Origin: an uncultured Bacteroidales bacterium
GTDB lineage: Bacteria > Bacteroidota > Bacteroidia > Bacteroidales > UBA932
Assembly: GCA_934726455.1 (NCBI GenBank)
Contig: CAKVDS010000001.1
Span: 79,452 to 143,451 of the forward strand
Length of the DNA: 64,000 nt
Direction of reading: 5' to 3'
Part shown: positions 1-8,673 of the stretch, one piece after another
Layout of the letters: each line of letters opens with the position of its first letter
Numbering within the stretch: the first letter of the stretch is position 1
Made by a program: the position numbers and the translations under genes
Notes under the pieces: generated by a model
Seen by the model: only the letters and a program-made list of their open reading frames with translations
What the model was told of the DNA's origin: nothing
The model's database searches: none

Positions 1-885
1 TTCAAGGTGACAGGTACCGCCGACGGTATCACCGCAACCCAGATGGACATCAAGGTCAACGGTCTCTCTTATGATGTGCTTGCCAAGGCTCTTGAGCAGG
101 CCCGTCAGGGACGTATGCACATCATGGGCGAGATGCTCAAGACCATCAGCGCTCCGCGTGAAGACTACAAGCCGTTCGTGCCTCGCATCGAGCAGATCCG
201 CATCGCTGCAGAATTCATCGGCGCCGTGATCGGAAAGGGTGGCGAGACAATCCAGAAGATACAGAAGGAGACAGGCACCACCATCACCATCGATGAGCAG
301 CCTATACCGGGCACCAACCTCACCGAGGGAGTTGTGGATGTCGCTTCCGACAACAAGGAGAACATGCAGAAGGCTCTCGAGTGGATCAAGGGCATCTGCG
401 CCGTTCCGGAGGTCGGCAAGGTTTACCACGGCAAGGTGGTTTCCATCCTTGAATTCGGCGCTTTCGTGGAGATTCTTCCGGGCAAGGAAGGACTTCTGCA
501 CGTGTCCGAGATCGCTTGGAACAAGACTGAGAACGTGGAGGATGTGCTCCATGTCGGTGATGAGGTGGACGTCAAGCTTCTCGAAGTCGATCCTAAGAGC
601 GGCAAGATGCGCCTCTCCATGCGTGCCCTGACCGAGAAACCGGAGGGCTACGTAGAGCCTGAACGCCGTCCTCGCGGTGGAGATCGCGGACGCGATGACC
701 GCAGAGGCGGCCGTGATGACCGTCGTGGAGGAGATCGCCGCGACCGTCGCGACGACCGCAGGGATGACCGTCGCAGGGACGATCGCCGTGACCGCAGGGA
801 TGACCGCCCTCGCCGCAGCGAAGGCCCTCGCTCCGAGGCTCCGCAGACCGATGGCTACAAGGAGAGCAACGAAGAGGTGTTCTAG
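1..885 (+). CDS. pnp: Polynucleotide phosphorylase, C-terminal part (KH + S1 domains plus Arg/Asp-rich tail); 5' end lies outside the window
   Basis: The frame is open to position 1. KH GxxG motif IGKGGETIQKIQ. S1 domain GKVYHGKVVSILEFGAFVEILPGKEGLLHVSEI. Ends in an RD-rich low-complexity tail. Confidence 0.9.
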   Translation, partial: FKVTGTADGITATQMDIKVNGLSYDVLAKALEQARQGRMHIMGEMLKTISAPREDYKPFVPRIEQIRIAAEFIGAVIGKGGETIQKIQKETGTTITIDEQPIPGTNLTEGVVDVASDNKENMQKALEWIKGICAVPEVGKVYHGKVVSILEFGAFVEILPGKEGLLHVSEIAWNKTENVEDVLHVGDEVDVKLLEVDPKSGKMRLSMRALTEKPEGYVEPERRPRGGDRGRDDRRGGRDDRRGGDRRDRRDDRRDDRRRDDRRDRRDDRPRRSEGPRSEAPQTDGYKESNEEVF

Positions 886-943
886 TCTCTTCTCAGACAT
901 AAGGGAAGCCGCTTGACTTTTCGATCGGGCTTCCCTGATTTTA

Positions 944-973
944 GGGGCTGGCCGTTTGGCCGGCCCCTTTTTT
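944..973 (+). terminator. Rho-independent terminator after pnp
   Basis: GGGGCTGGCC-GTTT-GGCCGGCCCC stem followed by TTTTTT. A second hairpin, GGGAAGCC..GGCTTCCC, lies at 903-935. Confidence 0.7.
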
Positions 974-1106
974 GTCCCGTGCGCACAAGACGCCTTTTTG
1001 CGCACGTGGATTTATGGAATCTCGCGCGGTGCGTGGAAACGCCCCTGGTGCGCACGATTTTTCACTAGAACCTGCCAAGATACCACAGTTGGCAAATCCT
1101 CAGGCT

Positions 1107-1139
1107 ACAAAAAAGGTCGGCTGATTTTCAGCCGACCTT
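1107..1139 (-). terminator. Rho-independent terminator downstream of the tRNA-Met gene
   Basis: The minus strand reads AAGGTCGGCTG-loop-CAGCCGACCTT followed by a T-run. Confidence 0.7.
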
Positions 1140-1144
1140 CTCAT

Positions 1145-1220
1145 TGGTAGCGGGGAGAGGACTCGAACCTCTGGCCTCCGGGTTATGAGCCCGACGAGCT
1201 ACCAACTGCTCTACCCCGCG
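1145..1220 (-). tRNA. Initiator tRNA-Met (anticodon CAU), CCA encoded
   Basis: The reverse complement reads CGCGGGGTAGAGCAGTTGGTAGCTCGTCGGGCTCATAACCCGGAGGCCAGAGGTTCGAGTCCTCTCCCCGCTACCA. It has three G-C pairs closing the anticodon stem and a 1:72 mismatch. The layout matches E. coli tRNA-fMet almost position for position. Confidence 0.9.
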
Positions 1221-1271
1221 ATGTTTGTGAATGCAAAGGTAGGGCGTAATTTTTTAAAAAGCAAATTTTTC

Positions 1272-3014
1272 TCAATGCACTTCAATCTGGGTGTCCATTC
1301 TCGCCAGCACTTTGGCTTCTGTGCAGTCTTTGAGGCGGCCGAGAAGCGCACTTTCTTCTGAAGAACCGTAGAACATCTCAAGGACTTTTTCCATCATCGT
1401 CTGCGGACGCGGATAACCGCAGACGCTCCAGTTGCCGAGATCCGGATCCCCGGCTATTGAAGCTGCGTAATTTACAGCGTCCTCGAGTGTCCCTATTTCA
1501 TCGGCCAGTTCGATAGGCAAGGCGTCGGCCCCGGTCCACACGCGGCCCTGCGCTATCTCGTCCACTCTTGATTTAGAGATGGAGCGGTTCTCGGAAACGA
1601 TGGAGACGAAGCGGTCATATATGGTCTCGATGGATCTTGTCATATAGTTGAACTCGTTCTGGTCGAACGGCCTCATGAGACCGAACATGTCCCCGTGCTT
1701 GTGCGAGTTTACGCTCTCAACTCCTACATGAAGTACATCCTTGGCTGTCTTGGAGAAGTCCGGAATCATGCCGAACACTCCTATGGAGCCGGTGAGTGTG
1801 GTGGCGTCAGTGAAAATGACATTGCTCCCGTTTGAAATCCAGTATCCGCCTGAAGCTGCATATTCACCGTATGAAGCCACGACCGGTTTGTCCTTTTGCA
1901 AAAGGTCGAGCTCATTTTTAATCTTCTCTGAAGCGAGTACGCTCCCGCCTGGGGAATTCACGCGGAGAACAACCGCCTTGACGGTTGAATCGGCCCTGAC
2001 TCCTGCTATTATGGATGCGAACCTGTCTCCGGCAACGGCTGTCTTCTGACTTCCGTCAATGATTTCGCCATCGGCATAGATGATGGCGATCTGCTGTTTG
2101 GGGTTGAACGGCGGCACCAAGTTGGCCACGTAGTCGGCAAACGGGATAAGGCTGACTTCGTCGAAACTGTCCTTTACCGCCAATACGGCCAGCTTGTCTT
2201 CAAGCTCGTTTTTTGTCAGAAGTTCATCCACAAGGCCGCACTCCACGAAATCTTGTGGCAGGTTGAGTTTCAAGTTGTTGATGGCATCGTCAAGAGCCTC
2301 GACGGAGATCTCCCTGCTCTGGGAGATGCCCTCGGCTATGCTCTCCCACATGGAATCCACGACGCGTTGATTCTGCTCCCTGTTTTCCGGACTTGATTTG
2401 GATTTTGTGTACATCTCGCCTGCTGACTTGTATTTCCCGTGTCTTATCAGCTGGACATTGACACCGAGACGGCCGAGAAGGTCGCCAAGGAAAATCATCT
2501 GGCTTGAGACGCCGGTGATAGGGACTGTCCCGCCGATATGTGATGTCATGTAGACCTTGTCGGCCACGGAGGCGAGGTAATACCCTCCGGTGGTCGGAGC
2601 TTCGATATATGACACGACCGGCTTGCCGCTGCTCTCCCTGAAATTCGCGAGGGACTTGCGGATCTCTTCAAGGGATGCGATCCCGCTCGCCGAGCCGTCG
2701 GTTTTGAGATATATGTATTGCACCGCCGGGTCTGATGCCGCAGAGTTGATGGCCTGTACGGCATCCCAGATCCCGATGGTCTGCACGTCTCCGCTTCCGC
2801 TGATGGAGGAGAGAGGGTTGGACTCCTGGCTCTGTTCGCTGAGCACGAACTTGGACATGTCCATCACGAGCACACCTGACTTGGGAAGAACCGGAGTGGC
2901 GCTGCCTGCCGCGAGAAGCGCTCCGAGCATTCCGAAGCCGAGGAGGAATATCAGCACTCCCATAATGACCAGGCCGCAGATTACGGCCAGAGTCATCTTT
3001 ACAAAATCTTTCAT
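1272..3014 (-). CDS. sppA: Signal peptide peptidase SppA, 67K (two-domain) type
   Basis: N-terminal TM helix and two ClpP/crotonase-like S49 peptidase repeats (VVLRVNSPGGSVLASE, GEYAASGGYWIS). Start trimmed to MKDFVK at 3014. Confidence 0.85.
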   Translation of the reverse strand: MKDFVKMTLAVICGLVIMGVLIFLLGFGMLGALLAAGSATPVLPKSGVLVMDMSKFVLSEQSQESNPLSSISGSGDVQTIGIWDAVQAINSAASDPAVQYIYLKTDGSASGIASLEEIRKSLANFRESSGKPVVSYIEAPTTGGYYLASVADKVYMTSHIGGTVPITGVSSQMIFLGDLLGRLGVNVQLIRHGKYKSAGEMYTKSKSSPENREQNQRVVDSMWESIAEGISQSREISVEALDDAINNLKLNLPQDFVECGLVDELLTKNELEDKLAVLAVKDSFDEVSLIPFADYVANLVPPFNPKQQIAIIYADGEIIDGSQKTAVAGDRFASIIAGVRADSTVKAVVLRVNSPGGSVLASEKIKNELDLLQKDKPVVASYGEYAASGGYWISNGSNVIFTDATTLTGSIGVFGMIPDFSKTAKDVLHVGVESVNSHKHGDMFGLMRPFDQNEFNYMTRSIETIYDRFVSIVSENRSISKSRVDEIAQGRVWTGADALPIELADEIGTLEDAVNYAASIAGDPDLGNWSVCGYPRPQTMMEKVLEMFYGSSEESALLGRLKDCTEAKVLARMDTQIEVH

Positions 3015-3068
3015 CGTGTAAATAAGTGTAAATTTTGTCAAAAGTAGTAAATTCGCGAGATAAAACAA

Positions 3069-4433
3069 ATGTCTATGGCACAGAAACCTTCAATCCCAAA
3101 GGGTACCAGGGATTTCGGGCAGCGCGAGATGGCTGCGCGGAACTATATTTTCGACACCATCCGTGCAGTGTTCCGCACATACGGTTATTCACAGATAGAG
3201 ACTCCGGCTATGGAGAATCTCTCCACCCTGCTCGGCAAATATGGTGAGGAGGGGGACAAGCTGCTTTTCCGGATACTCAATTCGGGAGACGCTTTCTCCG
3301 GTGTGGACTTCGACAAACCGCTCACTCCCCAGGTGTGTGAGAAAGGACTCCGTTACGACCTGACGGTGCCGTTCGCCCGTTATGTGGTGCAGCACCGTGA
3401 TGAACTGTCATTCCCGTTCAAGCGTTTCCAGATACAGCCGGTGTGGAGGGCTGACCGTCCGCAGAAAGGACGTTACCGTGAGTTCTACCAGTGTGATGTG
3501 GACGCTATCGGAAGCAAGAGCCAGCTCTGCGAACTTGAACTTGTGCAGATAGTTGACAAGGTGTTTGAGAAACTCGGTGTCCGTGTGCTTCTGAAAATCA
3601 ACAACCGCAAGGTTCTTACCGGTCTGGCCGAAATCTGCGGATTCCCCGACAAGGTGGTGGACATCACCGTGGCCATAGACAAACTCGACAAGATAGGGCT
3701 CGATGCTGTCAAGGAGGAGATGCTCTCAAAGGGGCTCTCGCCAGAGGCCGTGGAGATGCTGGAGCCTGTGCTTACCCTTAGCGGCAGCACGACGGAAAAG
3801 ATCGCCGTGATGCGTTCCATGATGGGTTCTTCTCCGACCGGATTGAAGGGATTGGATGAGCTTGAAGAACTGTTCGGATATGTCGATGCGGCCGGAATCG
3901 GAATCCCTGTCGAGTTGGATCTTTCCCTCGCCCGCGGTCTCAACTATTATACCGGAGCCATATTTGAGGTCAAGGCCCTCGACTGGCAGATCGGAAGTAT
4001 CTGCGGAGGCGGACGTTATGATAATCTTACCGGTATTTTCGGCCTGCCGGACATGTCCGGTGTCGGGATCAGCTTCGGGGCGGATCGCATATACGACGTG
4101 CTCATGGGGCTGGACAAATTCCCGGAGAATCTGCGCAGCAGCACCACCGTGCTCTTTGCCAACATGGGGCCGGAAGAGTTGAAGTACATTCTTCCTGTGG
4201 CTTCGGCACTGCGCTCGGAGGGTATCGCCGCCGAAATCTATCCTGATCAGGCAAAACTCAAGAAGCAGTTTGAATACGCAGACCGCAAGTTTATCCCTTT
4301 CATCTCAATCAACGGCGGCTCCGAGGCTGAAGCCGGAGTGGTTAACATCAAGAACCTCTCTTCCGGCGAGCAGAAGAGCTTCCCGAAAGACGACATCAAT
4401 GGCATGAGGGAGTTTCTGCTGCCAGGGGTATAA
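3069..4433 (+). CDS. hisS: Histidine--tRNA ligase
   Basis: PKGTRDF motif, class II aaRS motifs ([12 protein letters not shown]-like, QCDVD) and a C-terminal anticodon-binding domain. Confidence 0.93.
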   Translation: MSMAQKPSIPKGTRDFGQREMAARNYIFDTIRAVFRTYGYSQIETPAMENLSTLLGKYGEEGDKLLFRILNSGDAFSGVDFDKPLTPQVCEKGLRYDLTVPFARYVVQHRDELSFPFKRFQIQPVWRADRPQKGRYREFYQCDVDAIGSKSQLCELELVQIVDKVFEKLGVRVLLKINNRKVLTGLAEICGFPDKVVDITVAIDKLDKIGLDAVKEEMLSKGLSPEAVEMLEPVLTLSGSTTEKIAVMRSMMGSSPTGLKGLDELEELFGYVDAAGIGIPVELDLSLARGLNYYTGAIFEVKALDWQIGSICGGGRYDNLTGIFGLPDMSGVGISFGADRIYDVLMGLDKFPENLRSSTTVLFANMGPEELKYILPVASALRSEGIAAEIYPDQAKLKKQFEYADRKFIPFISINGGSEAEAGVVNIKNLSSGEQKSFPKDDINGMREFLLPGV

Positions 4434-4528
4434 CCGTTGCTTCTGGCACGTGAGCTTGCAACGCGGTGACAGACAGTTGGATATCGGTGGCGGATAAGTG
4501 CTTGATATCCAACGAGAAGATAATGTAG

Positions 4529-4560
4529 CTCCTCCTTGGACAAGAGGAGGATAAGTTTTT
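4529..4560 (+). terminator. Candidate hisS terminator
   Basis: TCCTCC..GGAGGA hairpin followed by TAAGTTTTT. A 10-bp-stem hairpin, GTTGGATATC-N18-GATATCCAAC, lies at 4476-4513. Confidence 0.5.
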
Positions 4561-4734
4561 AAAAGGCTTATTCTCAGGCTGTTATCTGCCACCGGCTTCG
4601 TGTTTCTCATTCGTCCCCTATTTCAACTGGGAGTGGGTTATCTACTGCGCTTTGTTTTTTGCAATTCTATAGGTTTCTCAATGTTGTGTATTCGTACGGT
4701 TCTTAGGGCCTTTTGAAAACCGGTTAGGTTTCTG

Positions 4735-4742
4735 TATATTTG
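4735..4742 (+). promoter_or_regulatory. Bacteroidetes-type -7 box (TAnnTTTG) upstream of the methyltransferase
   Basis: TATATTTG sits within GTATATTTGCCAA. The same extended string precedes the ATPase gene at 28449. Confidence 0.5.
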
Positions 4743-4807
4743 CCAAGACTAGAAGGATGTACCGAAGCATTGGGGATACGATTGTAATATCATAAAAGAC
4801 AAAGGCG

Positions 4808-5935
4808 ATGGCTAACAGTAGTTTGAGTGCGGCAAAAACCACAAAGAATGATGAATTCTACACGCAATACGCTGACATACAAAAGGAGGTAAACGCCTAT
4901 ATTGAATATGACAAGGATGTATTTCGTGACAAGACCGTCCTGTTGCCTTGTGATGACCCGGAGCAGAGCAATTTCACAAAGTTCTTCGCTCAGAATTTTG
5001 AGCGTTATGGATTGAAGAGATTGATATCTACGAGTTATGCAAGAAACAGCAAAAAGTCCAAGTATGGCATCGACACTTACCCCTCTTTGTTTGAAGAGGA
5101 ATCTCCGATTTATGATGCGGACAAGTCCAAAAGCCACGGCAGGATATTCATTCTTGACAGGACTGATGTGACTGGAGACGGACGTGTTGACTACGATGAT
5201 TTGACTTGGGAATATCTTGATGGTGACGGTGATTTCCGTTCTGATGAGGTCAAGCATCTAAGGGACGAGGCTGATGTGATAGTAACCAACCCTCCGTTCA
5301 GTATGTTCAGAGAGTTTCTTGCATGGGTAGTTGAGGCTCATAAGAAGTTCCTTGTAATCGGGAATATGAATGCCATAACCTATAAGGAGGTGTTCCCGTT
5401 GATTAGGGAGAACAAGATATGGCTGGGTTATGGCTTTAGTCATGGAAATGCCTATTTTGGTATTCCTGAAAGTGCATCCACGGAATATGCTTCCGGTGTA
5501 TATGATGAAAATACAAAGTTGGTTAAATTTCGTAATTGCTGCTGGTTCACCAATCTTGACCACGGCAGAAGACACCAGCCTTTGTCGTTGATGACGATGG
5601 CGGACAATCTGAAATTCAGTCGGCATAAGGAAATACGTGGCAAGGAGGCTTACGACCACTATGACAATTATGATGCGATAGAAGTGCCGTATACCGATGC
5701 GATTCCAAGCGACTACACTGAGTGTCTTGGGGTTCCTGTCAGTTTCTTGGATAAGTATTGCCCTTTTCAGTACAAAATCATAGGTGCGACAGAAAGTGAG
5801 GGGAAAGGATTTTCAGCAGGATTGTGGAATCCGGAAAGTGGAATATCACAGGCGACCATTAGGGGAAACAAGGTTTATAAACGGCTGTTTATCAAGAAGT
5901 TAGCAGAAGAGAGAGAGAGAGAGAGAGAGCTATAG
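4808..5935 (+). CDS. N6-adenine DNA methyltransferase, EcoRI-methylase-like family
   Basis: N-terminal NDEFYTQ motif, catalytic VTNPPFS (NPPF motif IV) and C-terminal GVPVSFLDKYCP..IIG...YKRLFIKK module. The 3' end is encoded by an AG repeat (EREREREL*). Confidence 0.85.
   Translation: MANSSLSAAKTTKNDEFYTQYADIQKEVNAYIEYDKDVFRDKTVLLPCDDPEQSNFTKFFAQNFERYGLKRLISTSYARNSKKSKYGIDTYPSLFEEESPIYDADKSKSHGRIFILDRTDVTGDGRVDYDDLTWEYLDGDGDFRSDEVKHLRDEADVIVTNPPFSMFREFLAWVVEAHKKFLVIGNMNAITYKEVFPLIRENKIWLGYGFSHGNAYFGIPESASTEYASGVYDENTKLVKFRNCCWFTNLDHGRRHQPLSLMTMADNLKFSRHKEIRGKEAYDHYDNYDAIEVPYTDAIPSDYTECLGVPVSFLDKYCPFQYKIIGATESEGKGFSAGLWNPESGISQATIRGNKVYKRLFIKKLAEEREREREL
5908..5929. repeat. (AG)11 dinucleotide simple-sequence repeat at the 3' end of the methyltransferase ORF
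   Basis: Read directly: 22 nt of uninterrupted AG, ending 4 nt before the stop codon. Confidence 0.95.
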
Positions 5936-5939
5936 AAGA

Positions 5940-6218
5940 ATGATCGATGCTATTGTAAAAATGGGCATCGCACCGGAAGAGATAACGTATTACTCCGGAA
6001 TCATGGGTGTCCCGATATCATTTCTTGACAAGTACTGTCCGGAGCAGTTTGAGATAATCGGACAAACACAAGGAGATTCAGGAAAGGAACTTGGCTTGAA
6101 ACCGTTTGACAGAGCCTTGAGAGAATTGAATAGCGGATTGAGAGATGGGCAATTGTATTATATGGAGAATGGTTTACCAATAAAACCTTATGCACGAGTG
6201 TTGATAAGAAAAATCTAA
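5940..6218 (+). CDS. Stand-alone second copy of the methyltransferase C-terminal module (gene remnant or SSR-switchable extension)
   Basis: GIMGVPISFLDKYCPEQFEIIG....YARVLIRKI parallels residues ~300-365 of the upstream methyltransferase. It starts 4 nt after the methyltransferase stop and ends 6 nt before the next gene. Confidence 0.5.
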   Translation: MIDAIVKMGIAPEEITYYSGIMGVPISFLDKYCPEQFEIIGQTQGDSGKELGLKPFDRALRELNSGLRDGQLYYMENGLPIKPYARVLIRKI

Positions 6219-6224
6219 GTTAAT

Positions 6225-7388
6225 ATGAAAACCACATTGCGCACAGACATAACGATAGCCGACATCTGTAAGGATTTCGACTATAATGAATATGAGGGGA
6301 AAGGACTTTTCGGGCTCGCTGGCAATCTTGTTATCCAACCCGAATATCAACGGAACTATATCTATGCTGACGGCAAGAAAGATGTGGCTGTCATTCAATC
6401 CGTTTTGAATGGTTATCCTCTTGGGCTGATATATTTTAATACGGTCGGTGATGGAAAATTCGAAGTGTTGGATGGTCAGCAGAGAATAACATCCTTGGGT
6501 CGTTTCCTTATTGATAAATTTCCTATAACTGGCAGTAATGGCATACCTCAGTATTTCTCCAGTCTCCCTAAAGACAAGCAAGAACTCATCCTTGAAACCA
6601 AACTTCTTATTTATGAGTGTGAGGGCGTGGAGAGTGAGATTAAGGAGTGGTTCAGAACCATCAATATCGCAGGCATTCCTCTGAATGAGCAGGAACTTCT
6701 GAATGCAATCTATTCTGGCCCTTTTGTGACATTATGCAAAGAAGAATTCAGTAATAGCCAGAACTCCCACATTCAAAAGTGGAGCAGTTATCTTAATGGC
6801 GACCCAAAACGTCAGGATTTTCTTGCCACGGCTCTTGATTGGGTCAGCAAAGGAAAGGTCGAAGACTATATGGGCCGACACCGTTACGATACTGGCATCA
6901 GCGAAATTAAAACCTATTTCAATACTGTCATTGATTGGGTTTCAAGAGTGTTCAAGGATGTGGAGAATGAAATGAAAGGGCTTCCTTGGGGGCAGTATTA
7001 TGAGAAGTACCATACTAATCCGTATTCTTCGGAATATGTGTCGGGACGTGTCCATGCATTGTATGCAGATCCTTATGTCAAGAACCGCAAGGGAATATTC
7101 GAGTTCATCCTTGGTGGGGAGACGGAGACAAGGCTTCTTGATGTCCGTGTTTTTGATGAAGCGACCAAAAGGAGCGTGTATGACAATCAAACCGCTAAAG
7201 CTAAAGAAGATGGAGTCTCCAACTGCCCATTATGTGCCATAGGGCCTGGTTCCAACCGTACACGAATTTACAAGCTGAATGAAATGGATGCCGACCACGT
7301 TACCGCTTGGTCAAAGAACGGAGAGACCGACATCAGCAATTGCCAAATGCTCTGCAAGAGCCACAACAGGGCGAAAGGCAACAGGTAG
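6225..7388 (+). CDS. DUF262 (ParB/GmrS-like) domain fused to a C-terminal HNH nuclease
   Basis: IQPEYQRNY and [13 protein letters not shown] motifs are typical of DUF262. The C-terminus has CPLC...[32 protein letters not shown] (HNH). Confidence 0.85.
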   Translation: MKTTLRTDITIADICKDFDYNEYEGKGLFGLAGNLVIQPEYQRNYIYADGKKDVAVIQSVLNGYPLGLIYFNTVGDGKFEVLDGQQRITSLGRFLIDKFPITGSNGIPQYFSSLPKDKQELILETKLLIYECEGVESEIKEWFRTINIAGIPLNEQELLNAIYSGPFVTLCKEEFSNSQNSHIQKWSSYLNGDPKRQDFLATALDWVSKGKVEDYMGRHRYDTGISEIKTYFNTVIDWVSRVFKDVENEMKGLPWGQYYEKYHTNPYSSEYVSGRVHALYADPYVKNRKGIFEFILGGETETRLLDVRVFDEATKRSVYDNQTAKAKEDGVSNCPLCAIGPGSNRTRIYKLNEMDADHVTAWSKNGETDISNCQMLCKSHNRAKGNR

Positions 7389-7389
7389 T

Positions 7390-7443
7390 ATGCACTTTTT
7401 TTTGTGCAGTTTTTGCTAAAATATGCACTTTTTTTTGTGCAGT
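7390..7443. repeat. Two perfect 21-nt direct repeats, each a TGCAC-T8-GTGCA hairpin
   Basis: ATGCACTTTTTTTTGTGCAGT occurs at 7390-7410 and 7423-7443. Confidence 0.9.
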
Positions 7444-7447
7444 GTAT

Positions 7448-7455
7448 TATATTTG
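7448..7455 (+). promoter_or_regulatory. -7 box TATATTTG for the ATPase gene
   Basis: Matches TAnnTTTG about 20 nt upstream of ATG 7475. Confidence 0.55.
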
Positions 7456-7474
7456 CAAAAAATGATGACTTTTG

Positions 7475-8653
7475 ATGGAAGGCTTATACAATACGTTTCG
7501 CATTAAACTTGCACTCACGCCGATGGCTTATCTGCGCAGTTTCCACGAGCAGGTGAATTGGAAGAGCCGTCTGGTCTGCATCATGGGACAGAAAGGTGTC
7601 GGGAAGTCCACTATGATTCTTCAACATATCAAGAAGTATGACAACCCTGAGGAGACGCTGTACGTGACAGCGGACAATATGTATTTTGCCGGGCACACTC
7701 TCTATGAACTTGCCGGGATGTTTTTCGCTCAAGGCGGGAAGCGCTTGTACATAGATGAGATACATAAGTACAAGGGATGGTCAACAGAAATAAAAAACAT
7801 CTACGATGATTTTCCTACGCTTTGTGTGGTATATTCCGGGAGCAGCCTGTTGGCACTGAAGAGAGGAAACAAAGCGGACCTCAGCAGACGCAGCGTCCCT
7901 TATGAAATGCCTGGACTTTCTTTCAGGGAATATCTTAATATCCGCAACGGATGGAGTCTTAAGACCTCTGCTCTTGAAGAAATCCTGCATGGGAAAGTCG
8001 ATTTTCCTGAAGGAGAACATCGTCCCCTTAAATATTACAAAGAATATTGCAGGCATGGATTTTACCCTTTTTTCAAAGAGGGGGATGCCGAAATACGTCT
8101 GCAGAATGCGATTCTGGCCACTGTGGAAGATGATATCCCGGACTATGCGGATATGACCGTCGCGTCAGCTGTAAAGCTTAAGAAGCTGATGTATATTCTG
8201 GCAAAGAGTGTCCCGTTCAAACCCAGTAATGACACGCTTGGACGTGACCTCGGGATCAGCCGGAACGTCGTGCCTGATTACATAAGTTATCTCGAAGCAA
8301 CGGGTATGTTCAACGCGCTCCGTGAACCGGGCCATAGCGACAGTCTGTTGGCGAAGACTGAGAAACTGTATTTGGGGAACAGCAATATAGCATATTCATT
8401 GTCGGAGGACGGCATCATTGATGACGGCAATATGCGTGAGACCAATTTTTTGGCCTGGACTAAACAAGTGTGCTCTCCGGTTTCTTCCAAGATATCTGAT
8501 TTCGAGATAGGGGATGTTACATTCGAAGTCGGCGGCAGGAACAAAAAGTCCGATCAGATAAAGGATGCTCGGGTCGGTTATCTTGTCAAAGATAATCTTG
8601 AGTATGCTTCAGGGCGCTCCATCCCTATATGGATGTTCGGCTTTCTATATTGA
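7475..8653 (+). CDS. AAA+ ATPase (AAA_14-type) with DUF4143-like C-terminal domain
   Basis: Walker A GQKGVGKST and Walker B LYIDEIHKY. The C-terminal DFEIG..FEVGGRNKK resembles the DUF4143 nuclease-fold motif. Confidence 0.8.
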   Translation: MEGLYNTFRIKLALTPMAYLRSFHEQVNWKSRLVCIMGQKGVGKSTMILQHIKKYDNPEETLYVTADNMYFAGHTLYELAGMFFAQGGKRLYIDEIHKYKGWSTEIKNIYDDFPTLCVVYSGSSLLALKRGNKADLSRRSVPYEMPGLSFREYLNIRNGWSLKTSALEEILHGKVDFPEGEHRPLKYYKEYCRHGFYPFFKEGDAEIRLQNAILATVEDDIPDYADMTVASAVKLKKLMYILAKSVPFKPSNDTLGRDLGISRNVVPDYISYLEATGMFNALREPGHSDSLLAKTEKLYLGNSNIAYSLSEDGIIDDGNMRETNFLAWTKQVCSPVSSKISDFEIGDVTFEVGGRNKKSDQIKDARVGYLVKDNLEYASGRSIPIWMFGFLY

Positions 8654-8673
8654 CAAGAAAGAACCGGCTCAAC

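Noticed and set aside
975-1075. GTGCGCA/TGCGCAC palindromes between pnp and tRNA-Met as a regulatory element
   Set aside because: The region lies downstream of both convergent transcription units. The short GC palindromes are most simply extra terminator-like hairpins, and I could not link them to any gene.
4434-8673. Classification of the island as a defined mobile element
   Set aside because: I could recognise no integrase, transposase, terminal inverted repeats or flanking direct repeats by eye. I therefore report it only as an accessory island.
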